Assembly: GCA_963779795.1 (NCBI GenBank)
Contig: CAVZZK010000004.1
Coordinates: 129,967 to 193,966, forward strand
Source of the DNA: an uncultured Pseudomonadota bacterium
Lineage (GTDB): Bacteria > Pseudomonadota > Gammaproteobacteria > Xanthomonadales > Rhodanobacteraceae
Reading direction: 5' to 3'
DNA length: 64,000 nucleotides
Position 1 is the stretch's first letter. Each line of letters starts with the position of its first letter. This document shows, piece by piece, positions 1 through 9,547 of the stretch. The position numbers and the translations under genes were made by a program. The notes beneath the pieces are model-generated. The model was not told where the DNA came from and ran no database searches. It was given only the letters and a program-made list of their open reading frames with translations.

Positions 1-980
1 GCGTAATTCGGAAAGCCGAGCAGCTTGGCCTTCTGCGCGCGGATCTGCGCGATGCGTTCGATGGTCTTGCGCGTGTCGTTGGCGTCGCCCTTCTCGGTGC
101 GGTTCCAGGACGCTTCGAACAGGGCCTGACGCGTAGCACGATCGGACAGGTCCTGCAGGTCCGGCTGCTGCGTGGTGTTCTGCAGCGGGATCACCCACTT
201 GCCGTCGAGCTCGCGATCCTTTGCCGCCTGTGCGGCGGCGGCGATCTGCGCATCGGACAGCCCGGCCAGCTTGGACTTGTCGTCAACGACCAGGGCGCCG
301 GCCTTGGTCGCGGCCAGCAGCTTGTTCGAGAACGTGGCGCTGAGCGAGGATTCCTCCTCGTTTAGCTTCTTCAGCTTGGCCTTGTCGGCGGCTGACAGCC
401 TGGCACCGGCATGCACGAAATTCGCATGCACGACGTCGATTAGGCGCATCGACTCGGGATCGAGCTTGAGTTTGTCGCGTTCTTTGTAGACCGTGTCGAA
501 GCGCTGGAACAGCTTGTTGTTGAGATAAATCGCGTCGCGATGCGCGGCCAGTTTCGGCGCTTCGTCCTGCTGCACCTTCTGCAGGACCGGATCGGTGTTC
601 GCACTGCTGACACCGTTGAACACCATCATCGCGCGGCTCAGCAGTTCGCCGGTCTTCTCCATCGCCACGTAGGTATTCTCGAATGTCGGCGGTGCCGGAT
701 CGTTGGCGATCTTTTCGATCTCGGCGAGCTGTTGTTTCATGCCGGCTTCGATCGCCGGCTGATAGTCGCTGTCCCTGATCTTGTCGAACGGTGGCGCATG
801 GAACGGCAGCGTACTCTCGCTCATCAGCGGATTCACGTGCGGTGCCGGCTTGGCCGGCGGCGTGGTGGCCGCGGCAGCCGGAGCTGCCTCCGGCTTGGCC
901 GGTGCGGGATTCTGCTGGGATTGGGAACAGGCGGCGAGGGCGGCGGTCATGGCGATCAACAGCAAACGGGAATGCTGCAT
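1..980 (-). CDS. dcp: M3-family zinc metallopeptidase, peptidyl-dipeptidase Dcp-like. Only the N-terminal ~326 aa is present; the 3' end runs off the window
   Basis: My reverse-strand translation starts at ATG 980..978: MQHSRLLLIAMTAALAACSQ (lipoprotein-type signal). It continues PLMSESTLPFHAPPFDKIRDSDYQPAIEAGMKQQ ... PTFENTYVAMEKTGELL ... RIAQIRAQKAKLLGFPNYA and stays open to position 1. This is the typical N-terminal region of Dcp/M3 peptidases. The HEXXH motif would lie outside the window. Confidence 0.8.
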   Translation of the reverse strand, partial: MQHSRLLLIAMTAALAACSQSQQNPAPAKPEAAPAAAATTPPAKPAPHVNPLMSESTLPFHAPPFDKIRDSDYQPAIEAGMKQQLAEIEKIANDPAPPTFENTYVAMEKTGELLSRAMMVFNGVSSANTDPVLQKVQQDEAPKLAAHRDAIYLNNKLFQRFDTVYKERDKLKLDPESMRLIDVVHANFVHAGARLSAADKAKLKKLNEEESSLSATFSNKLLAATKAGALVVDDKSKLAGLSDAQIAAAAQAAKDRELDGKWVIPLQNTTQQPDLQDLSDRATRQALFEASWNRTEKGDANDTRKTIERIAQIRAQKAKLLGFPNY

Positions 981-1044
981 TCTGGATTCTCCCGGTTATC
1001 TAGGAATGAATGGGTTGGAACGTGCATTGAATCCGCAAGCCGGA

Positions 1045-1392
1045 TCAGACGCTGACCACGTCGTGGAGACGCCAATGCGAGCCAACGAGCAAGGTAAGAC
1101 GGTGCCGGAGCACGGCGTGCGGCAGTGAAGTGGTGACCGTCACATCGGTGTGCATGTCGGATTGTTTCGTGCTGACGGCGGCCTGCGGATCGCTGGCGCC
1201 AAGTGCGGGATCGACCGCGTCCGGGTCGGCTTGCATGGCCTTCCAACGCTTCCACAGTGTGGGTTCGCGCAGGGCCGATTGCAGGGTGGCGGCGAAGCTC
1301 TCGGGCGAGTTGCCCTGGAATGACAGCTCCTGATGTTCGCCACGCGCCGTGGCGAGGTCGTCGATACTCAAATAATAACGTTGCTGCGTCAT
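1045..1392 (-). CDS. Hypothetical small protein (115 aa)
   Basis: Track ORF 1045..1395. Codon 1395 is TTG and ATG 1392 follows it, preceded by AAGGAG 7 nt upstream. GC3 is high throughout. I recognise no family. Confidence 0.4.
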   Translation of the reverse strand: MTQQRYYLSIDDLATARGEHQELSFQGNSPESFAATLQSALREPTLWKRWKAMQADPDAVDPALGASDPQAAVSTKQSDMHTDVTVTTSLPHAVLRHRLTLLVGSHWRLHDVVSV

Positions 1393-1524
1393 CAACGTGC
1401 TCCTTGAGGCAAGTCCTCAATTTTAGCAGATGGCCGCCCTCGCGCAGAATGACTTTTGCCATACAGGCAATTCGGCGACGGGGCTGTAAACTGGTCGGGC
1501 TTACGTCTGTTCAGAGGGGGAAAA

Positions 1525-4500
1525 ATGAAGAATTCAAGCAGTCGGCTGCGGTTGGCGGCCTTGTTCGCGTTGTGCGGTATTGCCGGCACGGCCGGCGCAC
1601 ACACCAAATTGCTGCGTTTCCCGGATATTTGCGGCAATCGCATCGTGTTCACCTACGCCGGTGATCTGTGGACGGTCGGCGACCAGGGCGGCACGGCGAT
1701 CCGCCTGACGGCCGCACCCGGCCTGCAACAGTCCGCCAAGTTCTCTCCGGATTGTTCAAAGATCGCATTCACCGGCGAATACAGCGGCGGGGATCAGGTC
1801 TATGTCATGCCGGCCAACGGCGGCGTGCCGAAGCAGCTTACCTACTACCCCGCCATGGGACCGTTGCCTCAGCGCTGGGGTTTTGACAACGAGGTCTACG
1901 GCTGGACTCCGGACGGCAAGCGAATTCTGTATCGCTCCTACAAGGACAGTCATACGCTCGCGGAACCGCGCCTGTTTACGGTCAGCGTCGATGGCGGGCT
2001 GTCGACCGCGCTACCGATGCCGATGTCCGGCGTCGGCGAGTTTTCGCCGGACGGCAAGCAACTGGTGTATTCGCCACTGTTTCGAGATTTCCGCACCTGG
2101 AACCGCTACAAGGGCGGCTGGGCGCAGGATCTTTACATCTTCGACATGGCCAGCGAGAAGGGCCGCAATATCACCAATGATGTCAACACCGATCGCGATC
2201 CGGTGTGGATCGGCGATTCGATCTATTTCGTTTCCGACCGTGACGGCGTATTGAACCTTTACCGCTACGATATCGGCAACAATCAGACCAGCCAGCTGAC
2301 CCGGCACCGCGCCTTCGATGCGCGCTGGGCCAGTGGCGATCGTACCGGCAAGATCGTCTACGAATACGGCGGCGAGTTGCGCGTCTACGACACCACCACC
2401 AACAAGGACGAGGCGATCGGCATCGATGTGCCCAGCGACGGCGCCAAGACGCGTCCGCAACACATCAGCGTGGCCGACGACATCGAGGATTTCGGCCTGA
2501 GCCCGCGCGGTGACCGGGCGTTCTTCATCGCTCGCGGTGACCTGTTCAGCGTGCCGGTCGAGCACGGCATCACGCGCGATTTGACGCAGACGCCCGGTGC
2601 GCACGAGCGCGAGGCAGCCTGGTCGCCGGACGGCAAGCGCATTGCCTATGTATCGGATCAATCCGGCGAGTCCGAGGTCTGGGTGCGCGATGTCGACGGC
2701 GTCGGCGCGGCCAAACAACTGACGAAAACCGTTTACGGGCGGTTGTATGCGTTGCGCTGGTCGCCGGACGGCAAGCGCATCGCCTTCAGCGACAGTGCCA
2801 ATCGACTGCATGTGCTGGATGTGGCCGGCGGCAAGGTTACCGAGGTGGCGCAGGATCCGCAGAGCCTGCAGCGCGATTACACCTGGTCGCCGGGCAGCAG
2901 CTATCTGGCCTACACCTACAACGATGCGAACCAGCAACCGTCGATCTATCTGTGGTCGGTCGCCAGTGGCAAGCACACACGCGTCACCGATCCGCTGTTC
3001 GCCGAATCGTCCCCGGCGTTCTCGCCGGACGGCAAGTTCCTGTACTTCCTGGGCGAGCGCGAATGGGCGCCGCAGATCAGTTCGGTGGAATGGAATTTCG
3101 CAACCAACCGCAGCACCGAGGTTTACGCCCTGACGTTGCAGAAGGACGGCCCGAGCCCGTTCCCGCTGCGCGATGACGAAGCCAAGGGCATGGACGAACA
3201 CGGCGCGGCCAAATCGAAGAAGCAGGCACACGGCAAGGACCACAAATCGGCCAAATCGGCCGAGGATCACATCGATTTCGATGGCCTGGCCTCGCGCCTG
3301 ACACGCGTGCCGATCGATGCGGACAACATCCGCTGGCTGGATGTGACCGCCAAGTACATCGTCTACGCGGTTACCGATGCGTTCTATTACGGTCGTGCCG
3401 GTCGCTTCCTGCCGCAGATCCACGTGTACGACATCGAAAAGCGCAAGGACGATACGCTGGCCGAAAAAGTGCGCAATGCCGCGCTGTCCGAGGATGGCAG
3501 CAAGTTGATGGTACGAAGCGGCAAGTCGTTCAAGGTATACACCATTGGCGGCAATCCCAAGCAAGCCAAGTCCGTGAGCACGTCGGGGCTGGCGCTCACA
3601 CGCGTGCCGCGCGCCGAGTTCGCCGAGATTTTCCGCGAAGTCTGGCGTCGCTATCGCGATTACTTCTACACGCCGAACATGAACGGTTACGACTGGAAGG
3701 GCTTGCGCGCCAAGTACGAGCCGCAACTGGCCTATGTCGGCGACCGCTCCGACTTGAACTACCTGCTCGGCCAGATGGTCGGCGAGTTGAGCAATTCGCA
3801 CTCGTATGTCAGCGGCGGCGATCTGGGCCTGCCCGACAAGCCGCATGTCGGTCTGCTCGGTGCGCGCTTCGAGCTGGACAAGGCATCCGGCCACTACCGC
3901 ATAAAGTCGATCATGCAAGGCGAGAACGACGAGGCGCGTTACCGCTCGCCGCTAACCGAGGTCGGCATCAATGTGCATGTGGGCGATTACATCCTGGCCA
4001 TCAACGGCCGCGAGCTGACCGCCCGGGAGAATCCGTACCGGCTACTTCAGATCGCGTCGGGTCAAGCCGTCGAGTTGCGCGTGAACTCCAAGCCGAGCGA
4101 GGATGGTGCGCGCAATGTGCTGGTTGATCCGGTATCCAGCGAGAACGACCTGAAGTACTACGCCTGGGTCATGCACAACTATCGCTATGTCGAGAAAAAA
4201 TCAGGCGGCAAGCTGGGTTATCTGTATATCCCGGACATGGGCGCTGACGGAATCCGCGAGTTCATCAAGTGGTACTACCCGCAGATTCACAAACAGGCGC
4301 TGGTTATCGATGAGCGTGGCAACGGTGGCGGCAATGTATCGTCGATGATCATCGGGCGTCTGTCGCGCAAGCTGTTGGGCCTGAATTACGACCGCAATTC
4401 CAGCGTACCCGGCACCTATCCGCCGCAAGTCTTCCACGGTTACATGGCGGCGCTGATCAATCAGTACTCCGCGTCCGACGGCGACATCTTCGCCTACATG

Positions 4501-4839
4501 TTCAAGCAGGCGAAGCTGGGTCCGACCATCGGCATGCGCACCTGGGGTGGTGTTGTAGGTATCAGCGATTATGGCCCGGTGATCGACGGCGGCCATGTCG
4601 AGGTACCGGAATTCGTCGCCATCGCCGACCTCAAGGGCAACTACCACGTCGAGGGCAAGGGCGTGGAGCCGGACATCAAGGTCGACAACGACGTGTTCTC
4701 GGTCATTCATGGCAAGGATCCGCAGCTGGATCGCGCTATCGACGTGCTGATGAAGAAGGTAGAGGCGAATCCGCCGGTATTGCCGAAACGTCAGGCGCCG
4801 CCGGTCAAGGCGCCGCCCGACATGCGCCCGAAGCAATAA
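1525..4839 (+). CDS. Tricorn-protease-homologue type S41 peptidase (beta-propellers + PDZ + S41 catalytic domain), secreted
   Basis: Track ORF 1456..4839. I moved the start to ATG 1525 (AGAGGGGGAAAAATG; signal peptide MKNSSSRLRLAALFALCGIAGTAGA). TolB-like repeats are present (FSPDG/WSPDGKRIAF several times). S41 signatures are ERGNGGGN, YSASDGD and TWGGVVG. Confidence 0.85.
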   Translation: MKNSSSRLRLAALFALCGIAGTAGAHTKLLRFPDICGNRIVFTYAGDLWTVGDQGGTAIRLTAAPGLQQSAKFSPDCSKIAFTGEYSGGDQVYVMPANGGVPKQLTYYPAMGPLPQRWGFDNEVYGWTPDGKRILYRSYKDSHTLAEPRLFTVSVDGGLSTALPMPMSGVGEFSPDGKQLVYSPLFRDFRTWNRYKGGWAQDLYIFDMASEKGRNITNDVNTDRDPVWIGDSIYFVSDRDGVLNLYRYDIGNNQTSQLTRHRAFDARWASGDRTGKIVYEYGGELRVYDTTTNKDEAIGIDVPSDGAKTRPQHISVADDIEDFGLSPRGDRAFFIARGDLFSVPVEHGITRDLTQTPGAHEREAAWSPDGKRIAYVSDQSGESEVWVRDVDGVGAAKQLTKTVYGRLYALRWSPDGKRIAFSDSANRLHVLDVAGGKVTEVAQDPQSLQRDYTWSPGSSYLAYTYNDANQQPSIYLWSVASGKHTRVTDPLFAESSPAFSPDGKFLYFLGEREWAPQISSVEWNFATNRSTEVYALTLQKDGPSPFPLRDDEAKGMDEHGAAKSKKQAHGKDHKSAKSAEDHIDFDGLASRLTRVPIDADNIRWLDVTAKYIVYAVTDAFYYGRAGRFLPQIHVYDIEKRKDDTLAEKVRNAALSEDGSKLMVRSGKSFKVYTIGGNPKQAKSVSTSGLALTRVPRAEFAEIFREVWRRYRDYFYTPNMNGYDWKGLRAKYEPQLAYVGDRSDLNYLLGQMVGELSNSHSYVSGGDLGLPDKPHVGLLGARFELDKASGHYRIKSIMQGENDEARYRSPLTEVGINVHVGDYILAINGRELTARENPYRLLQIASGQAVELRVNSKPSEDGARNVLVDPVSSENDLKYYAWVMHNYRYVEKKSGGKLGYLYIPDMGADGIREFIKWYYPQIHKQALVIDERGNGGGNVSSMIIGRLSRKLLGLNYDRNSSVPGTYPPQVFHGYMAALINQYSASDGDIFAYMFKQAKLGPTIGMRTWGGVVGISDYGPVIDGGHVEVPEFVAIADLKGNYHVEGKGVEPDIKVDNDVFSVIHGKDPQLDRAIDVLMKKVEANPPVLPKRQAPPVKAPPDMRPKQ

Positions 4840-5548
4840 CGGGCAGCGCATCGCGCAGATAAACCGCCAGCGCACCGGGATCCGGTGCGCTGGCGTACGG
4901 TAAAACGCCCAGGCATGGCGCGGCGAGTTTTTCGTGCAGCGTGGCCAGGTTGTCCTTGCCCCGCGCCATGCCCGCATCGACGTGATTGCCGATCCAACCG
5001 ATCAATTCACAGCCGTCCGCTTCGATCGCGCGCGCGCTGAGCATGGCGTGATTCAGGCAGCCCAGACGCAAGCCCACGACCAGAATCACCGGCAACTTCA
5101 AGCGGCGCGGCACGTCCGCGAGCATCAGCTTCGACGATAACGGCACCGACCAGCCGCCCACGCCTTCGACGACGACGATATCCGCTTGCCGCGCGAGCGC
5201 GTTGTAGGCATCGACGATTGAATCAAGTCTTATATTCGTGCCCGTATCGCGCGCGGCCAGGTGCGGCGCAATCGGATCGCGGAATGCGAACGGATTGACC
5301 AGGGCGTATTCCGGTCTGATGACGCTGTGTGCAGTGAGTGTTTCGGCATCGGCATTGCGCAAACCGTGCGCGGTCACCTGGCAACCGCTGGCGACCGGCT
5401 TCATGCCAAGCGCACGCATTCCTCCCTGGTTCAAGGCTGCCAGCAATGACGCCGATACCATTGTCTTGCCGATTTCGGTATCGGTGCCGGTGACGAATAC
5501 GCCACAGGTTGTTGAATCGCCCGGATGTTCGGTGGAATCTTCGTGCAA
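4805..5548 (-). CDS. bioD: Dethiobiotin synthetase
   Basis: The C-terminal ~245 aa of track ORF 4805..5962 carry the BioD motifs: P-loop FVTGTDTEIGKT, VVEGVGGW and LVVGLRLGCLNHA. The upstream part of that ORF is R/P-rich non-protein-like sequence. No ATG or GTG lies near the P-loop. The nearest in-frame starts are TTG 5548 and 5554, so the start is uncertain. Confidence 0.7.
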   Translation of the reverse strand: MHEDSTEHPGDSTTCGVFVTGTDTEIGKTMVSASLLAALNQGGMRALGMKPVASGCQVTAHGLRNADAETLTAHSVIRPEYALVNPFAFRDPIAPHLAARDTGTNIRLDSIVDAYNALARQADIVVVEGVGGWSVPLSSKLMLADVPRRLKLPVILVVGLRLGCLNHAMLSARAIEADGCELIGWIGNHVDAGMARGKDNLATLHEKLAAPCLGVLPYASAPDPGALAVYLRDALPVIASGACRAAP

Positions 5549-5625
5549 GAACAATCCAATCGGCGCGCTCGCGCCATCGTCGCGTAATGGAAGGGGTACA
5601 ATCGCATTTTTCTGCGGAATGTTCC

Positions 5626-6117
5626 ATGTTTGCTGCGGCGACCATCGACACCGATGACAAATCCGGGCTGTATGCCGAACTGGCGCAACAAGCGCGCGCG
5701 CTGCTGCAGGGCGAACCGGATCGAATCGCCAATGCGGCGAATTTCGCTGCGCTGGTTTTTCACGCGCTGCCGGACCTGAGCTGGGCCGGGTTTTATTTCT
5801 TCGACGGCAGGGAACTGGTCGTCGGTCCGTTCCAGGGCCAGCCGGCCTGCGTGCGTATCGCGCTGGGCAGGGGCGTGTGCGGCACCGCGGCGGCGACGCG
5901 TCAAACCATGGTGGTGGAAGATGTGGACCGGTTCGCGGGTCATATTCCCTGCGATGCGGCATCGCGGTCGGAGATTGTCGTGCCGTTGTATCGCGATGAT
6001 CGCCTGATCGGCGTGTGGGACGTCGATTCGCCGAAACTCGCGCGTTTCGACGAGGACGATCGGGCCGGCATGGAACAACTCGTGGAAATATTCATGGAAC
6101 AACTGGCAAAGGCATGA
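5626..6117 (+). CDS. msrC: GAF-domain protein, free methionine-(R)-sulfoxide reductase (YebR/MsrC)-like
   Basis: Internal ATG 5626 of ORF 5509..6117. The sequence WAGFYFFDGRELVVGPFQGQPACVRIALGRGVCGTAA ... GHIPCDAASRSEIVVPL closely parallels E. coli YebR. Confidence 0.75.
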   Translation: MFAAATIDTDDKSGLYAELAQQARALLQGEPDRIANAANFAALVFHALPDLSWAGFYFFDGRELVVGPFQGQPACVRIALGRGVCGTAAATRQTMVVEDVDRFAGHIPCDAASRSEIVVPLYRDDRLIGVWDVDSPKLARFDEDDRAGMEQLVEIFMEQLAKA

Positions 6118-6139
6118 AGCCGCGCTAACGGGAGTACAA

Positions 6140-6478
6140 ATGGCTGGGAAAGACTGCAACAAGATTCGCAACGTTGGACCGAAATCCGCGGCATGGTTGC
6201 GTCAGGTGGGTGTGCACTCGCATGCCGAGTTGGTCGAACTGGGGCCGGTCGAAACCTTCATGAAGGTCAAACGCGCCGGATTCCGGCCGAGCCTGAATCT
6301 GCTCTACGCGCTGGCCGGGGCAATCGAGGATTGCCATTGGGCTGATTTGTCCGACGACAAAAAGGCTGCATTGGTCCGCGAGGCGGAAGAAGCGGAAAAC
6401 GAGAATCCGATCAAGACGCGCTGGGAGAAGCAGGTCGAGCGCAGTGACGAACAGGCGCGGCGCGACTCCGAATCCTGA
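6140..6478 (+). CDS. TfoX C-terminal-domain protein (no TfoX N-domain)
   Basis: ATG 6140 follows GGGAG. IRNVGPKSAAWLRQVGVHSHAELVELGPVETFMKVKRAGFRPSLNLLYALAGAI matches the TfoX_C helix-hairpin-helix-like pattern. The tail is acidic. Confidence 0.6.
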   Translation: MAGKDCNKIRNVGPKSAAWLRQVGVHSHAELVELGPVETFMKVKRAGFRPSLNLLYALAGAIEDCHWADLSDDKKAALVREAEEAENENPIKTRWEKQVERSDEQARRDSES

Positions 6479-6531
6479 ACCGCTGCGTCGGATTCCGAAT
6501 GCGGCCGTCCGGACGACTCCGGCAACCGAAT

Positions 6532-7110
6532 TCAGCGTGCTACCGCGTAGTCGCGGGCATCTTCGCGCCATTTCGGCGTCGAGTGGATCTTCGGCAATAC
6601 CTGTTCTGGCGTCTCGACCAGCGACCACATGTCCGAATGCCCGGCATTCATGAACTTCTGTGAGATGACCTGCTGCATGAACGTCTGCAACGGCGAGTAG
6701 AAATCACGCGTGTTGAGCAGCACGATCGGGTTGAAGTACAGCCCCAGGCGCTTCAGCGTGATCGCCTCGAACAACTCCTCCAGCGTACCGCAGCCGCCGG
6801 GCAGGGCGATGACGGCGTCCGAACCGGTCAGCAGCCGATGCTTGCGCTCGCGCATGTCCTCCACTACCTCGAGCTTGCCGATGCCCGGATGCTGCCATTC
6901 CACCTCGGTCATGAAGCGCGGAATCACGCCGATGACGTCGCCACCATGCGACAACGCACCATCGGCCACCGCGCCCATCAGGCCGGTCGCCCCGCCGCCG
7001 TAGACCAGGGTGCAGCCGGCCTCGGCGAGCAGTTCGCCCAGCCGCGTTGCCGCGGCGTGATAGACACGGTCGCATTGGTTGCTGGATGCGCAGTAGACGC
7101 AGACTCGCAT
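6532..7110 (-). CDS. LOG-family (TIGR00730) nucleotide 5'-monophosphate nucleosidase / cytokinin riboside 5'-monophosphate phosphoribohydrolase-like
   Basis: MRVCVYCASS..., LVYGGGATGLMGAVA and the signature PGGCGTLEELFE; 192 aa. Confidence 0.85.
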   Translation of the reverse strand: MRVCVYCASSNQCDRVYHAAATRLGELLAEAGCTLVYGGGATGLMGAVADGALSHGGDVIGVIPRFMTEVEWQHPGIGKLEVVEDMRERKHRLLTGSDAVIALPGGCGTLEELFEAITLKRLGLYFNPIVLLNTRDFYSPLQTFMQQVISQKFMNAGHSDMWSLVETPEQVLPKIHSTPKWREDARDYAVAR

Positions 7111-7179
7111 GGCCGCTCCATCGAAGCAGGGAGGTAATTCTACGACGATAGTGCGGAAATGCCGCGGGATGTTGTGCTG

Positions 7180-7947
7180 TTAGTCCGACAATCCGGCAAT
7201 CGCCTTGCGTGCGTAGGTCATCAGCTCCGGGTCGATGCCCGTTTGCTGTCGCATGTGTCCTGGTTCCTCGCGATACATTCGGTTCAGCGACCGCTGGATA
7301 CCGTTGTCGCCGCCGGTGAATTCGCGCAGTAACTCGCACCAGCGTTTGGCCAGAGCCTGAACCTCTTCGCTTGCCGGATCCTTGTCCAATTGCATGGCCG
7401 CCTTCATGCCGGCGATGACGTCAGGCCATGCCTGCTCGACGGCCCGGATACGTTCCGGGCCGAGTTCCTCGCCGCGCTGACGGATCTGTTGCATTTGATC
7501 GGGAGTGAAATGTTTTTCCATGAGAGTACTTGCCTCGATGCTGGACAGCAGGGATTCGCCGTCGATCAACTCGCCATTGCCGAGCCGTTGCGCGACGCGC
7601 TCCAGGCGCAGCAGCAGTTCGCGTTGCCGAACGACACGTTTCCGCAATCGACCGATCTGGCGAGTCAATGCCTCGCCCAGCGTCGGCGCATCCGCGAGCA
7701 GGCACTGATGGATTTCCGCGAGCGAGAATCCCAGTGCCTTCAACGAAACGATATGTTGCAGCCGGCCCAGTTCCGCCTCGCCGTACAGCCGATAACCGGC
7801 CTGATTTCGCCGAGCGGGCTTGAGCAGGTCTTTGGCCTCGTAGTGATGCAAGGTGCGCACCGTGATGCCGGTGCGACGTGCGACTTGGCTGACCGTGAGC
7901 AACTTCACTTCGTGATGTCCGAGTGCGGTGATCGCATGCTGCACCAT
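7180..7947 (-). CDS. MerR-family transcriptional regulator with a TipAS-like C-terminal effector domain
   Basis: N-terminal HTH LTVSQVARRTGITVRTLHHYEAKDLLKP...GYRLY. The C-terminal ~140 aa are TipAS-like (FTPDQMQQIRQRGEELG ... MYREEP). Confidence 0.8.
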   Translation of the reverse strand: MVQHAITALGHHEVKLLTVSQVARRTGITVRTLHHYEAKDLLKPARRNQAGYRLYGEAELGRLQHIVSLKALGFSLAEIHQCLLADAPTLGEALTRQIGRLRKRVVRQRELLLRLERVAQRLGNGELIDGESLLSSIEASTLMEKHFTPDQMQQIRQRGEELGPERIRAVEQAWPDVIAGMKAAMQLDKDPASEEVQALAKRWCELLREFTGGDNGIQRSLNRMYREEPGHMRQQTGIDPELMTYARKAIAGLSD

Positions 7948-8059
7948 GACGTCACGGCAGGGTCAAGCATTGCGATGGCGCTTGAGGAACGAAACGAGTA
8001 CGACCTGCAAGGGATTGCCTTTCACTCGCAAGCCCACAACGAAGTTTATCGTGATGCCG

Positions 8060-9547
8060 TCAATGACGCTGGCGGGATATGATGTCGATCAACCCGGTCG
8101 TGGATTTGTGTGGAACCAGTGGAACCAGCATCACGCGTCCGCCGCTGGCCTCGAGCTGTTCGCGACCGACGACGTCCTGAATCTTGTAATCGCCGCCCTT
8201 GACCAGCACATCGGGTTTTATCTGATGGATCAGTTCGAGCGGCGTGTCCTCGTCGAACACGGTAACGGCATCCACACAGGCGAGGGCGGCAAGCAAGGCG
8301 GCACGTTCGTTTTGCGAAATGATCGGTCGATCGGGACCCTTCAGGCGTTTGATCGAGGCATCGCTGTTGATGGCCAGCACCAGACGATCGCCCTGATTTG
8401 CCGCTTGATGCAGCAGCGTCAGATGACCCGCGTGCAACAGGTCGAAGCAGCCGTTGGTGAATACGATGCGTTGTCCGGCCGCACGCCACGCGTCGACTTT
8501 GGCGACCAGGCTTGCACGATCAAATATGCCTCGACGTGATGGTCCGTACAGTTCGCCGATCAGATCGATGGTGTTCACGGCTACCGCACCGACCCGGCTG
8601 ACTGCAATTCCTGCGGCAACATTGGCGATATGTCCGGCCGGATGCAACGTGGCGCCCGCGGCCAGACACGCAGCAAGTGTGGCGATCACGGTATCGCCGG
8701 CTCCGGTGGTGTCGGCGACCGGGTGAGGTGTCGCCGCCGGTAGATGCATGTGTGGTCCGTCACGCGGAACCAGCAACATGCCGTGTTCGGACAAGGTGAT
8801 CACCATGGCTTCGAGTGCGGCGGTTTCAATCAGGCGACGGCTGACCGTTGCAACGCCTTCCAGGTCGTGCGCATCGAGCGCAACGCCGGCTGCCAGTTGC
8901 AATTCGCCCAGGTTCGGAGTCAACACGCTGCATCCGCGATAGTCCGTGAAGTCGCGCCGTTTCGGATCGACAATCACGGGCACGTCCCGATCCCGGCATG
9001 TCTCAACGATGGCCTGGATCAGATCCCGCGTCAGCATGCCCTTGGCATAGTCGCTCAGGATGACGGCGTGAGGCGACGAGGAGGTCTGTCGCAGTTCGTC
9101 GATCACGCAGGTGGCGATCCATGCCGGGCATGGCGAAACGTCCTCCCAGTCCAGGCGCAGCATTTGATGGTTGCGGGCGAGTACACGCAACTTGCGTGTC
9201 GTGCGGCGCGTGCGATCACGTTTCAATGCGGACGTACGGATGCCCGCGGATTCACACAGGCAGAGGATATGTTCGCCGCTTTCGTCGGCGCCGATGAGCC
9301 CGGACAGGGTTACGTCCACACCCAATGCCGCGGCTTGCCGCGCCACGTTGGCGGCCCCGCCCAGGCGTGATTCGGTTGCACCTGCGCGGACTACCGGCAC
9401 CGGAGCTTCCGGTGAGACCCGTTCTGCGTTGCCGCTGAGATATTCATCGAGCATGACGTCGCCGACGACGTGAAGTCGTACTTGGCGCAGGCGCTCGACG
9501 ATCTGCTCCAGCGCTTCCGGGTCCGGAATCGTTGCTTGGCGGTTCAT
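8060..9547 (-). CDS. hldE: Bifunctional D-beta-D-heptose 7-phosphate kinase / D-beta-D-heptose 1-phosphate adenylyltransferase
   Basis: Start set at ATG 9547 (MNRQATIP), which forms an ATGA overlap with the upstream stop. The ribokinase-like N-domain has GGAANVA and DTTGAGD. The cytidylyltransferase C-domain has FTNGCFDLLHAGH. Confidence 0.9.
   Translation of the reverse strand: MNRQATIPDPEALEQIVERLRQVRLHVVGDVMLDEYLSGNAERVSPEAPVPVVRAGATESRLGGAANVARQAAALGVDVTLSGLIGADESGEHILCLCESAGIRTSALKRDRTRRTTRKLRVLARNHQMLRLDWEDVSPCPAWIATCVIDELRQTSSSPHAVILSDYAKGMLTRDLIQAIVETCRDRDVPVIVDPKRRDFTDYRGCSVLTPNLGELQLAAGVALDAHDLEGVATVSRRLIETAALEAMVITLSEHGMLLVPRDGPHMHLPAATPHPVADTTGAGDTVIATLAACLAAGATLHPAGHIANVAAGIAVSRVGAVAVNTIDLIGELYGPSRRGIFDRASLVAKVDAWRAAGQRIVFTNGCFDLLHAGHLTLLHQAANQGDRLVLAINSDASIKRLKGPDRPIISQNERAALLAALACVDAVTVFDEDTPLELIHQIKPDVLVKGGDYKIQDVVGREQLEASGGRVMLVPLVPHKSTTGLIDIISRQRH

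Noticed and set aside
2011-3918. 635-aa ORF on the minus strand
   Set aside because: It lies entirely antisense to the well-supported tricorn-like protease gene. The translation is low-complexity and R/A/G/L-rich with no recognisable motif. This is a typical shadow ORF of a high-GC gene.
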